Of a stretch of DNA of 64,000 bases, positions 37,930-51,549 are shown piece by piece. Origin of the DNA: Haliotis rufescens (taxonomy: Eukaryota); contig NW_025964001.1 of NCBI RefSeq assembly GCF_023055435.1, forward strand, positions 31,124,001 to 31,188,000. The letters run 5' to 3'. The notes beneath the pieces were generated by a model. That model did no database searches. It was not told the origin of the DNA and saw nothing but the letters and a program-made list of their open reading frames with translations. The position numbers and the translations under genes are program-made. Each line of letters begins with the position of its first letter. Position 1 is the stretch's first letter.

Positions 37930-37991
37930 TTCATGGGAGTATAAGGTAACTTCAATGGAAATACATTGAAGTTACCTTATACTCCCATGAA
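37930..37991. repeat. Perfect 28-bp inverted repeat with a 6-nt loop
   Basis: TTCATGGGAGTATAAGGTAACTTCAATG-GAAATA-CATTGAAGTTACCTTATACTCCCATGAA. Confidence 0.95.
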
Positions 37992-38254
37992 CAGATCAGG
38001 AGAAATATCTTCATCCACCAGGTTCTGTACAAGGTACTTTCTCAGAAAGTGACACATATAATTCATCGATTATTATTTTCTTATTAATTATCATACTATT
38101 CTTGGACGAAATAACTTGTGGCCACTTTCTATAGTTCTACTTATTCAATTAGTTTGATCAAGGAACAATAAAAGAAAACTATGTGTGAATACACAAAATA
38201 TAAATGATTTTACTTCACATAACATTATTAATAGTAATATTATTAATTTTACCA

Positions 38255-38400
38255 ATACCAAGATATGCGTTTGTCTTTAGAAACTTTGGATCCATCCCTC
38301 ATCTCATTCATTATGCTGTAAAATTTGTTTAAACCCATTGCAGAATTCTTGTACCAGGGCGAACCTGCCTTTCCTCCATGAGTAATGGCGAGGAAAAAAA
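38255..38400 (-). mobile_element. Crypton-like tyrosine recombinase (DUF3504-type) relic
   Basis: Peptide SPWYKNSAMGLNKFYSIMNEM..KRI resembles the WY...P.G.N.L..IM motif. Confidence 0.5.
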
Positions 38401-39506
38401 GGACTGTCTTGTTGAAGCATCGAAGTAGGACGAACTTCCCCATACATCTTGTAGCATGCTACTGGATCCCTGTCAAGTTATTCTGGAATGCTGCATGCAC
38501 GGTGCTTCGTGAGGATGTCGTTGGGACTGGCTCCAGTACGTGTCTTGGACTGACGCTCTGAGGTAAATATTAAATATTACCCCTGATCCCCCTCCCTCAC
38601 TTCTACACCCCCCATCATGTTGTGTTTGTTTGTTGTTTAACGCCGCACTCAGCAATAGTCCAGCTATATGACGGCGGTCCGTAAATAATCGAGTCTGGAC
38701 CAGACAATCCAGTGGTTGATATCATGAGCATCGATCTACACAATTTGGATACGATGACATGCTTAAACCAAGTCAGCGAGCCTGACCACCCGACCAGGTT
38801 AGTCGCCTCTTACAAGCATAGTCGCCTTTTACGACAAGCATGGGTTGCTGAAGACCTATTCTACCCCCATTTAACTCTCATTGTACTAGTACGCAACAGT
38901 TATGTGAACGTGAGGAGGATGTCACTCAGAACAACACAGTGTTAAAGGGTATGAAAGGTATGCGTTGTGATAGCATGAGTTGTATCAGTCTTACTATAGG
39001 GTTAAGAAGCATGTGATTATTAAAATATGTGCATGATTGGAAATACCCATGCTACATTTGAAAGAAACATTCTCAACCTTAAGAAAGTACCTCCTTGTAT
39101 ATCCTTAGGACAGCCAAATATGTTTGAAATTAGGGTCGAATCGGAAGTACCCAAATGAATGCCTTGAAATTGGTCAAATTACAAATTTCTGGTATGGAGC
39201 CTGGACTTTATTTGTCTGTATTGAGATTACTGTCCAGTTTGTCTTCTAACTCTAACTTCACGTTTTAATATGTTTATCAATCTAGCATTGACAGAGTCTC
39301 TGTATGATACTAATGACAAGGTCTAGAACAATATTGACAATGGACACTAGAAAAAACCTGTTGAAATCTATCAAAACAGTGCACATATCATACTGTAATA
39401 GGTGGTAATTCGTTTTCTGATGTACTGTTTGTTAATGATGTATAATTTACATTTCTGGATAGGAAAATATATCTTTCAGTTTTATGAAATTTAATAACTT
39501 CTGTTT

Positions 39507-41688
39507 TTACGCCTTCGGCTTCTTTGCTACCAAAGTGAATAATCCATCAGTATCCGAGATCTCCTTCTGTTCTGGATTTGGTCGACGACCTTCCTTCCAG
39601 GTTACAATCTCCAAACCAGCTTTGGTCCATGCTGCCTGTATCTCTGAGCTGGTCATACCAAAGCTGGAGAAGCGACTGCTACCAATTGTATAGAAAGATC
39701 CCCCAACACAGCCGAAAAGAACAAGGTGTCCTCCAGGTCTCAGGACTGAAGCAAGTCGCGCTGAATAAGATTCATATTCTGGAATACTCAGGGCCACTGA
39801 TTCTATGCACAGGGAGGATGTGATGATGTCAGCAGCGGGGATGAAGCATGGAGCAAAGGGGTTCTCATTTCGGATGTCACACGGTATGATGCCAGACACT
39901 TTCTCTCTCATGCTGGCTTCTCTGTTAGACACAGAATCCCTGAAATTAATGTATGAAACGATATCACAATTTTACTAACTGCTTTTGAATTAACAGGTTC
40001 TTGAAACTGAAATGACAAGGCATTATGTTTTAGAATAGAAACATTAGCAAAAGGCTTTGCAGTGCCATACTCATGAAATGGAGACACGTGTTAGCGGTAA
40101 GGTATATTTAAGAATCTCAAACATATTTGTTACATTTTAAAACAACATATCCTATATAGTTTCAGCGAAGAGTTAAGGGTCAGACCGCCTTTGTTTGATT
40201 TTCACGGATTCTAATATATATTTATATAAGTCATCATATAAATACCAAATGGCGTAAAAAGTTCGTACGCTGATGATCAATTCTAAAACGTAATCTAATG
40301 TGATTCAATGTGCGTACTGTTTCTGACTATTCAGAATTTAAATGTAAATTATTGCTGAAAAGACTTACTCTTTTCTTTCCAGTTTGAGAACACAGTCAAT
40401 AAATTTGGCAAAACTATGTTTCAGCTCCCCATTGTGCCATTGTTTCAGGGTGTCTCTGTTTTTCAATGAGAACTCCGCCAGTAAGATGCTTTCACAGTGT
40501 TGAGATGAGCTGATGATTGTGTGTATAGTGGGTCCTGTACCAAAGTCAAGCAGTTGTCTCCCCTTGATGTTTCCTGTAGAAATATGTGTTAGATGACGTC
40601 TTTGCTCACAGTGACACCAGTGCTTACAGTGAAAACAACTAACAACAATGGCTAACTCCCATATGGGAAAGGCTCATAAGCCACTGAGAGAAACCTGTGC
40701 GGGAATAAAGTGTCAGTTAGCTGCCCCATATCGCTGTGTTTTTGCTTATATTCCCTGCCAGCAACAACAGTAGTGTTGTGTCGGGGCTGTCGGTTATCTG
40801 ATAGAACCAGGGGCCAGGAGACATTGACTTGATATCAAAAGTGTAGTTAGTAAAATAGAAAAGTTGGAACAATCCAACAGCTTGTTCTTTCTGTTGTAGC
40901 GTTAATCTTAGCATGTTACTGTCAAGAAGTTTGGGAGTAAATGAACAGTGCCTCGCCCCTTTCACACCCTTATCTTTGTAGGTTATCATGCTGTTAGTGT
41001 AGCCAAGGCTTTACGTCAAATTCAAGTTCCCGTGATCTGGGTACGTAGGCACGTTCAGCAAATTGTTTTCGTTGTGTTTGGGCGATTGATTCTGAACCAT
41101 TTGGCTACACGATTTGGGGATTGGACCCAAAGTGCCCAAATGTCAGTTTGATAACGTTTCGTCGTAAGCTTACATCAAAAGTTATGCTATTTATGTCCAT
41201 CATCCACAATCTTAGTCACCGAAAAGTATATTCCTCAAGGAGTTGTGAGTACAAACATGTCAAGATGACCAAATTTCTCGTAAAATTATATTATTTTATA
41301 TGAAAATGCTTTATTAAAACTCTATTTTCTTAACATCACCTATACCTGTACTGTTTTAATAGTGAACAGCGAGAAAATGTTTAATTTGACATAAAAAATT
41401 CTCCGATCTTTTTTGTGAAGGAAAGGAAATCTCAGCATCTACAAATGTAGAAGAACATGACTCCCACCCGCACCCTAAATATCAAATGGTCCGCCCCTTA
41501 ACCAGAGTTGTCTGTATAACAATTTAGCCACCTGAAGCAAAAGCCTCGTGAAACTGGGTCAGGCCGAAGGTCATCATGTCGCCGACTACTGGGTTAGGAG
41601 AGGGGTCATTGTAGTAAGTGCTCAAGTATGTCTCGGGCTCAAACGCTGCGTTGTAGTCATCGCTGAAAAGCACTGGCTTCCCTGCCAT
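39507..41688 (-). CDS. NNMT/INMT/PNMT-family methyltransferase, copy 3 (exons 41688-41532, 40573-40369, 39939-39507)
   Basis: Open spliced frame of 157+205+433 nt; LLDFGTGPT; GT-AG sites. Confidence 0.92.
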
Positions 41689-42292
41689 GGTTTGGTACTG
41701 ACAAAATGAAATAAGAGGACAATAGACATATGAACGCGATCTCCTGACGTGGCATGCCATAGCTGTACACCTCGTGGGTATCCATGTTAATAATACATTG
41801 CGCACACCTTCATAGCCGTATAATCGCTATGACTAAGTTTTCTTACATGCATACGTAACCAGGTCAGAAGAATTCGTAGGGCGTTGTGAAATATGTCTGC
41901 GACGTGAGGCAATATGTTTAAAATCCTCTGTAAACCATTCTAAGTCATTACATGTCGATGGTTCGATTATTAAAATAACTTGTATCACTCAATGTACAAT
42001 GATGTCGCTGGCATCCGTGCATCAAGTAGTGTCACATCCAGGTACTACACCATCAAGTATTGAGTGTACATCTTAATGTCTTGTTAAGGTCAATAGAAGT
42101 ATTCTCACACTGTCAACATTGTTTGGTTTCATCAAGCACAAAACCCACCTTAAAACTTTTAACGGAATTTTAACCGGACCTTCTGAGCGTTCTCAACTCG
42201 GAGCAAGTTGCGTCATTCCCGATAGGCTTTTTTCTAAATTTAGCCTGACTGAGAGCCTGTTTCTGTACGGCTTCTCCCTCACTGCATTCAAG

Positions 42293-42642
42293 GTGAGGTG
42301 AGGTGAAATTGGGTTTAACGTCGCGTCCAAGATTATTGCGCTTATAAAGCGACGTGCATGCACGTGTGTGTGTATGTGGCTGCTTGTACTAGTCCGGACT
42401 GATGCCGATTTATAGTGCTAGCACACTGAGATATCATGCCGCAGTTTAACATGGATACCCCACTCAGACACTGTATACTGACTCCGAGCCGACCATTCCT
42501 TGTTTTAGCCCTTTAATGCCGAGCGCCAGACAGGGTAACAAGTACCACCTTTTAACGTCTTTTGGTATGACGCGGCCGGGGATCGAACCCTGGACCTTCC
42601 GCTCTCCGGGCGGATGCTCTACCGCTAGACCACGGAGGCGGT
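42293..42642 (-). mobile_element. SINE family 2 (duplicated at 50709-51059)
   Basis: Full length with tRNA head; TSD approximately CTCATTGCATT. Confidence 0.9.
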
Positions 42643-42657
42643 CTCATTGCATTTTAA

Positions 42658-44443
42658 CTCTTTCATCACTGGCTGCCCCAGAGTTATGTCCCTTGAGACC
42701 CTGCAGTCCCTGACACTGACAAGGCCTGCACACTGGCCTCCCTGGCAGTATTATTGGACAATCACACTATCATTTTTGATGCACTTTTTCTACCAGAAAC
42801 TTGCGTTTAATATACATTTATCATATACCATTGTAAAGAGGATTAAGTATACTGTAATATTCTTTGTTGTTATTGTCTCTAACCTTTGTTTTTTTCTAAT
42901 TACAGGTGTTTACAAGTGAAATAAAACTTGAAAACACTGAAAAAATGAAAACAGACAATGAATTTTGGCTCAAATTGTATTAAAAATCACAAAAATAAAT
43001 CACAGATACAAGGTAAACATAACACAGTGGTCTTGTCATCTTGGACGGCACAGGTAATCCCAGGTATAACAGGTAAATTCTCTTCATGCACATCTGTAAA
43101 CAAATAAACAAGTTTACAACTCTTGGTACTGACTTTGTTTTCTATACTGATGTCACATATTACTTATGATACACTTACAGCCTCTTAGGTAAACTCGTTA
43201 ACTCAGGTAAACTTGTTAACGCAGGTAAACTCGTTAACACAGGTAAAAACACAAATATTTGATTTATTTTGTTCTTTTTCAGGATTTGAAACAAAAATTA
43301 AGTATTTAAGTTTTTAAATAGTAATTTATCACATTACCTGAACATTGAACCACAGCTACTATAAGAATGACATCACAGAGAAGATATCACAGATTGATCT
43401 GAAAGGAGGGAAAGATTGTAAAAGGATGGAAAGATTGTAAATTCAAGTTCTGCAAATATACAAGTTGTGATAACAATTTACAATACACTGCTATTTACAA
43501 TTGCATAATAAATTAAATCAGTACTTTATTACATCAATTAATAAATAAATAATTATTACAATTACTAAAATTTAAATTAAGATGTAAAAAACAAGAAAAC
43601 TAACATGAATATGGAAATAAATTTTATTCAAATTGAGCGAAATATAAGGACATACGACAAACCGGCAAACTACAATTCGGATTGCGATCAGAAAATTAAA
43701 TTTAAAAAAAAAGAAAAGAGATACGTCATGCCACTCACCTTTGTTGTTGTTGTGATCGCTCGTTCACGTGTAGGCTGCATTCTCATTCGTCGCACTGATA
43801 ATCTGTTCAAACACAGAATCATTGTAAAACAGTTGGAAAAAATCAATAGCACGATACTTCACTCACCGTGTCAATATATATTCTTGAGTCCGGTCGCCTC
43901 TTCAAAATCCCTCATGTCTCCACCGTTGTGGTCCCTCTGCCACTCCCATTCTTGAAAGTTGGCGGGGGGGGGGGGGGACACCTCGTCGAAACCGTCAAAA
44001 TCTTCACGAAAATATTCGCGAAATTCCCTCTCCCCTTCGCGTAAATTATTCAAATCAAACACATTATTATTCCCGATAGAGTCGTTGTTAGTCATCTGAT
44101 CGCTATCCGAATCGTAGTTGGCCGCCATTACGCTAGATTTACGATTCAAGTGAGAAAAATACCTGTCGCGAAAACAGGTGACATTCGCGATTTTCGCGCC
44201 AAAAAGACTCGGAAATTCCATCGAATGACGTGTCATTACGTGTAGATCTCGTTTCCATATTTAGAACGAGATTACACACGAGAAAGGAAGTAGAAAGAGC
44301 GATTTTGTAAACACGGTCGTGCCGCCCGATTTATCGGGCAGCCGTGTGTGGGGCTTGGACAGTAGCCGCCCGATTTTTCGGGCAGCCGGGTACTGGGACA
44401 CGGTTTATGCTGCCCGATTTTTCGGGCAGTCGGGGCGAAAGGG
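42658..44443 (-). mobile_element. Internally deleted piggyBac element (transposase N-terminus ~44128-43722)
   Basis: Imperfect TIRs CTCTTTCATCACTGGCTGCCC / CCCTTTCGCCCCGACTGCCC; flanks TTAA and CTAG; peptide AIDFFQLFYNDSVFEQIISATNENA..KGEWHDVS; three palindromic subterminal repeats at 44322-44430; absent from duplicate copy B. Confidence 0.85.
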
Positions 44444-44671
44444 CTAGAACGAACAGAGCAGAACTTTGAGACTATGTGCCACTCCACTCAAGACTAAGTG
44501 CATGGTATTTTGACGTTAGCAGAGTATCATATTTGTTTTTGATGGCGACTAATTGACAATTGTTAGAATTATTCTGAAGTTTGCAAGTTTCTTTAAAGCA
44601 TTCTATGAAACTCAGCAAGATTATTTTACATATAGAAATGTATTCAGACATGTAGGAACTCTAAATGTCGC

Positions 44672-44732
<61 letters not shown>

Positions 44733-44749
44733 GAAAGAGAAAAGCATAT

Positions 44750-46421
44750 GTATGTATGTATATTTAGTCCTGATTGCATTAGGCAGTGAAGACACCAGGT
44801 GCTTTAAAAGAGTATATATCTCCTATCCAACTGATGGCACACAAAGCAGGGTATGTATATCCACTCCTGATTGCAATAGGCAGTGAAGACACCAGGTGCT
44901 TTAAAAGAGTATATATCTCTCATCCCACTGCTGGCACACAAAGCAAAGTATGTATATCCACTCCTGATTGCAATAGGCAGTGAAGACACCTGGTGCTTTA
45001 AAAGAGTATATATCTCCTATCCAACTGCTGGCACACAAAGCAGAGATCGTATATCTACTCCTGATTGCATTTGGCAGTGAAGACACCAGGTGCTTTAAAA
45101 GAGTATATATCTCTCATACCACTGCTGGCACACAAAGCAGAGTATGTATATCCACTCCTGATTGCAAGACACCAGGTGCTTAAAAAGAGTATATATCTCT
45201 CATCCCACTGCTGGCACACAAAGCAGAGTGTGTATATCCACTCCTGATTGAAATAGGCAGTGAAGACACCTGGTGCTTTAAAAGAGTATATATCTCCTAT
45301 CCAACTGCTGGCACACAAAGCAGGGTATGTATATCCACTCCTGATTGCAATAGGCAGTGAAGACACCTGGTGCTTTAAAAGAGTATATATCTCTCATCCC
45401 ACTGCTGGCACACAAAGCAGAGTATGTATATCCACTCCTGATTGCAATAGGCAGTGAAGACACCTGGTGCTTTAAAAGAGTATATATCTCCTATCCAACT
45501 ACTGGCACACAAAGCATGGTATGTATGTCTACTCCTGATTGTATTTGGCAGTGAAGACACCAGGTGCTTTAAAATAGTATATATCTCTCATACCACTGCT
45601 GGCACACAAAGCAGAGTATGTATATCCACTCCTGATTGCAATAGGCAGTGAAGACACCTGGTGCTTTAAAAGAGTATATATCTCCTATCCAACTGCTGGC
45701 ACACAAAGCAGGGTATGTATATCTACTCCTGATTGCATTTGGCAGTGAAGACACTTGGTGCTTTAAAAGAGTATATGTCTCTCATACCACTGCTGGCACA
45801 CAAAGCAGAGTATGTATATCCACTCCTGATTGCAATAGGCAGTGAAGACACCTGGTACTTTAAAAGAGTATATATCTCCCATCTAACTGCTGGCACACAA
45901 AGCAGAGTATGTATATCCACTCCTGATTGCAAGACACCAGGTGCTTAAAAAGAGTATATATCTCTCATCCCACTGCTGGCACACAAAGCAGAGTATGTAT
46001 ATCCACTCCTGATTGCAATAGGCAGTGAAGACACCTGGTGCTTTAAAAGAGTATACATCTCCCATCTAACTGCTGGCACACAAAGCAGAGTTTGTATATC
46101 CACTCCTGATTGCATTTGGCAGTGAAGACACCAGGTGCTTCAAAAGAGTATATATCTCCCATCTAACTGCTGGCACACAAAGCAGAGTTTGTATATCCAC
46201 TCCTGATTGCAATAGGCAGTGAAGACACCTGGTGCTTTAAAAGAGTATATATCTCCCATCCCACTTCTGGCACACAAAGCAGGGTATGTATATCCACTCC
46301 TGATTGCAATAGGCAGTTAAAACACCTGGTGCTTTAAAAGAGTATATATCTCCCATCCCACTGCTGGCACACAGAGCAGAGAGCGTATATTTAGTCCTGC
46401 TTGCATTAGGCAGTTAAGACA
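44750..46421. repeat. 97-bp satellite array, about 17 units, preceded by (CT)n
   Basis: Unit CTCCTGATTGCAATAGGCAGTGAAGACACC...GTATATCCA; two 86-bp deletion variants. Confidence 0.96.
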
Positions 46422-47642
46422 TCACGTACAAGGAGTATCTCCGTTCTATTATTAGTACAAGGCAGTGATAGCATCTGGTATCGGAAATTGAGACACCCTT
46501 TTCTCGAACGGCTTACACGTGCCAATATTATTTGCTTACATATGAACCGTCTCTACCCTGTGATCAATTCACCAATTAACTCCCACGTGTTCATAATGAC
46601 AGATATGATAGTCATTCACAATTTAAAATTCAGTCATAAAACTTATTATAACTCCAAAATACCTCATAATTGCGATTCAAATGATTTTATTCAAACAATG
46701 TGCTTGTAAACAGCATTCTAGGTACAAATACCTCAACCGAGAAATTAAAACACTTCAGTGAACATGTGTCTCTAAAACATGTTTGATTCTGACGTCATGT
46801 TACTATGGATGCATGAAAACATTTCTTACTTATTCCTTGAAACAAGTTCATGCTTGGGTTAATTTCCCTGTCATGGATTTGGATCAACATCGCCATAGAA
46901 ACCATAGTGACAGAGATCCAGAGAGCAAGAAGAAGAAGAAGAAATGGCCTGACATCATATTATATACAAGATATATTAGTATATCACATACAGCCATGAG
47001 CATTACATTTGGTCTATATAGATGTTGAGTTCGTTGAGACGTATATTGGATATGATTTACAAGAAGTATCTATACATTTATTTACACCAATCAACCCAAC
47101 ATTTAATTAAGACCCGAACATCGTTGCTGATATCATATCTTTCAAAATATCTTTGTGGCAACATGTAATCAGAAAATAGGTTACCCAGTATGGAACAGTA
47201 AAACCTCTTCAGTCCAGACACTGCTGATCCGGACTGACGCTCGGGGGTAAATATTAAATATTACCCCTGATCCCCTTCCCTCACTTCTGCATCCCCCATC
47301 ATGTTGTGTTTGTTGTTGTTTAACGCCACACTCTGTAAATAGAGAGAGAGAGAGAGAGAGATAGAGAGAGAGAGTTTGTCTTCTAACTCTAACTTCTAGT
47401 TTTATTATGTTTATCAATCTAGCATTGACAGAGTCTCTGTATGATACTAATGACAAGGTCTAGAACAATATTGACAATGGACACCAGAAAAACCTGTTGA
47501 AATCTATCAAAACAGTGCACATATCGTACTGTAATAGGTGGTAATTCGTTTTCTGATGTACTGTTTGTTAATGATGTATAATTTATATTTCTGGATAGGA
47601 AAATAAATCTATCAGTTTTATGAAATTTAATAACTTCTGTTT

Positions 47643-50051
47643 TTACGCCTTCGGCTTCTTTGCTACCAAAGTGAAGAATCCATCAATATCTGTGATCTCC
47701 TTCTGTTCTGGATTTGGTCGACGACCTTCCTTCCAGGTTACAATCTCCAAACCAGCTTTGGTCCATGCAGCCTGTATCTCTGAGCTGGTCATACCAAAGC
47801 TGGAAAAGCGACTGCTACCAATTGTATAGAAAGATCCCCCAACACAGCCGAAAAGAACTAGGTGTCCTCCAGGTCTCAGGACTGAAGCAAGTCGCGCTGA
47901 ATAAGATTCATATTCTGGAATACTCAAGGCCACTGCTTCCATGCACAGGGAGGATGTGATGATGTCGGCAGAGGGGATGAAGCATGGAGCAAAGGGGTTC
48001 TCATTTCGGATGTCACACGGTATGATGCCAGACACTTTCTCTCTCATGCTGGCTTCTCTGTTAGACACAGAATCCCTGAAATTAATATATGAAACGATAT
48101 CACAATTTTACTAACTGCTTTTGAATTAACAGCTTCTTGAAATTGAAATGACAAGGCATTGTGTTTTAGAATAGAAACATTAGCAAAAGGGTTTACAGTA
48201 CCATACTCATGAAATGGAGACACGTGTAAGCGGTAAAGTATATTTGAGAATCTCAAACATATTTGTTACATTTTAAAACAACATATCCCATATAGTTTCA
48301 GCGGAGAGTTAAGGGTCAGACCGCCTTTGTTTGATTTTCACGGATTCTAATATATATTTATATAAGTCATCATATAAATACCAAATGGCGTAAAAAGTTC
48401 GTACGCTGATGATCAATTCTAAAACGTAATCTAATGTGATTCAATGTGCGTACTGTTTCTGACTATTCAGAATTTAAATGTGAATTATTGCTGAAAAGAC
48501 TTACTCTTTTCTTTCCAGTTTGAGAACACAGTCAATAAATTTGGCAAAACTATGTTTCAGCTCCCCATTGTGCCATTGTTTCAGGGTGTCTCTGTTTTTC
48601 AATGAGAACTCCGCCAGTAAGATGCTTTCACAGTGTTGAGATGAGCTGATGATTGAGTGTATAGTGGGTCCTGTACCAAAGTCAAGCAGTTGTCTCCCCT
48701 TGATGTTTCCTGTAGAAATATGTGTTAGATGACGTCTTTGCTCACAGTGACACCAGTGCTTACAGTGAAAACAACTAACAACAATGGCTAGCTCCCATAT
48801 GGGAAAGGCTCATAAGCCACTGAGAGAAACCTGTGCGGGAATAAAGTGTCAGTTAGCTGCCCCATATCGCTGTGTTTTTGCTTATATTCCCTGCCAGCAA
48901 CAACAGTAGTGTTGTGTCGGGGCTGTCGGTTATCTGATAGAACCAGGGGCCAGGAGACATTGACTTGATATCAAAAGTGTAGTTAGTAAAATAGAAAAGT
49001 TGGAACAATCCTTGTCGGATAAAAGGCCAGCCAGTTAAGTAGATACTTTTGCCCTGGATTTATAACTTTTGTGGGATGGACCATTTGATTTAATGATTTA
49101 AAAAAAAACACAGCTCATAATTGTGTTTCATAATCTTGGACATCGAGACAAAAACATGATAGATAGTATGATGTAACACTTATTTATCAATAATAATTTC
49201 AAATCTTAGCATACTACTGTCAAGAAGTTTGGGAGTAAATGAACAGTGCCTCGCCCCTTTCACACCCTTAGCTTTGTAGGTCATCATGCTGTCGGTGCAG
49301 CCAAGGCTTTACGTCAAATTCAAGTTCCCGTGATCTGGGTACGTAGGCACGTTCAGCAAATTGTTTTCGTTGTGTTTGGGCGATTGATTCTGAACCATTT
49401 GGTTACACGATTTGGGGTTTGGACCCAAAGTGCCCAAATGTCAGTTTGATAGCGTTTCGTCGTAAGCTTACATCAAAAGTTATGCTATTTATGTCCATCA
49501 TCCACAATCTTAGTCATCGAAAAGTATATTCCTCAAGGAGTTGTGAGTACAAACATGTCAAGATGACCAATTTTCTGCCGATCTGAAGAGAACTGCACTC
49601 TGGGGTGTTGCTACACGTGGTCTCGTAAAATTATATTATTTTATATGAAAATGCTTTATTAAAACTCTATTTTCTTAACATCACCTATACCTGTACCCTT
49701 TTAATAGTGAACAGCGAGAAAATGTTTAATTTGACATAAAAAATTCTCCGATCTTTTTTGTGAAGGAAAGGAAATCTCAGCATCTACAAATGTAGAAGAA
49801 CATGACTCTACTAAACGAACCCGTTCCCATCCGCACCCTAAATATCAAATGGTCCTCCCCTTAACCAGAGTTGTCTGTATAACAATTTACCCACCTGAAG
49901 CAAAAGCCTCGTGAAACTGGGTCAGGCCGAAGGTCATCATGTCGCCGACCACTGGGTTAGGAGAGGGGTCATTGTAGTAAGTGCTCAAGTATGTCTCGGG
50001 CTCAAACGCTGCGTTGTAGTCATCGCTGACAAGCACTGGCTTCCCTGCCAT
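47643..50051 (-). CDS. NNMT/INMT/PNMT-family methyltransferase, copy 4 (exons 50051-49895, 48709-48505, 48075-47643)
   Basis: Open spliced frame, nearly identical to copy 3. Confidence 0.92.
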
Positions 50052-50708
50052 TGTTTTGTTCTGACAAAATGAAATAGAAGGACAATAGACCAAAGACGTA
50101 TATAGATATATAGATATATTGTATATACGTCCGTGAATAGATATATGAAAGCGATCTCCTGACGTGGCATGCCATAGCTGTTCACCTCGTGGGTATCCAT
50201 GTTAATAATACATAGCACACACCTTCATAGCCGTATCATCGCTATGGCTGACTAAGTTTTCTTACATGCATACGTAACCAGGTCAGCAGAAATCGTAGGG
50301 TGTGGTGAAGTATGTCTGCGACGTGAGGCAATATGTTTAATATCCTCTGTAAACCGTTCTCAGTCATTTCATGTCGATGGTTCAATTATTAAAAAAACTT
50401 GGATAACTCAATGTACATTGATGTCGCTGGCATCCATGCATCAAGTAGTGTCACATCCAGGTACTACACCATCAAGTATTGAGTGTACATCTTAATGTCT
50501 TGTTAAGGTCAATAGAAGTATTCTCACACTGTCAACATTGTTTGGTTTCATCAAGCACAAAACCCACCTTAAAACTTTTAACTGAATCTTAACCGGACAT
50601 TCTGAGCGTTCTCAACTCGGAGCAAGTTGCGTCCTTCCCGATAGGCTTTTCTAAATTTAGCCTGACTGAGAGCCTGTTTCTGTACGGCTTCTCCCTCATT
50701 GCATTCGA

Positions 50709-51059
50709 GGTGAGGTGAGTTGAAATTGGGTTTAACGTCGCGTCCAAGATTATTGCGCTTATATAGCGACGTGCATGCACGTGTGTGTGTATGTGGCTGC
50801 TTGTACTAGTCCGGACTGATGCCGATTTATAGTGCTAGCACACTGAGATATCATGCCGCAGTTTAACATGAATACCCCACTCAGACACTGTATACTGACT
50901 CCGAGACGACCATTCCTTGTTTTAGCCCTTTAATGCCGAGCGCCAGACAGGGTAACAAGTACCATCTTTTAACGTCTTTTGGTATGACGCGGCCGGGGAT
51001 CGAACCCTGGAACTTCCGCTCTCCGGGCGGACGCTCTACCACTAGACCACGGAGGCGGT
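50709..51059 (-). mobile_element. SINE family 2
   Basis: Duplicate of the copy at 42293-42642. Confidence 0.9.
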
Positions 51060-51479
51060 CTCATTGCATTCCAGAACAACAGAGCAGAACTTTGAGACTA
51101 TGTGCCACTCCACTCAAGACTAAGTGCATGGTATTTTGACGTTAGCAGAGTATCATATTTGTTTTTGATGGCGACTAATTGACAATTGTTAGAATTATTC
51201 TGAAGTTTGCAAGTTTCTTTAAAGCATTCTATGAAACTCAGCAAGATCATGTTACATATAGAAATGTATTCAGACATGTAGGAACTATAAATGTCGCTAC
51301 AATAGTCACTAATAATGGTAGTCATCACATGTGCTATTATGATGAAATAATGTTACCGAATGTTTATCAATATGTATATTATTCCATCATCCTTTCTCAA
51401 ATGGTAGTCGATGACACGAGATTCTACATTTTAACAGGTTTCAAGTATTGTTGCTTGGGCAGTTTTAATACAACTCTCG

Positions 51480-51548
<69 letters not shown>

Positions 51549-51549
<1 letters not shown>

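Noticed and set aside
43739-43866. Apparent introns in the piggyBac transposase (GTGAGT donors)
   Set aside because: The supposed intron translates directly as the conserved AIDFFQLFY transposase segment; a frameshift explains the break.
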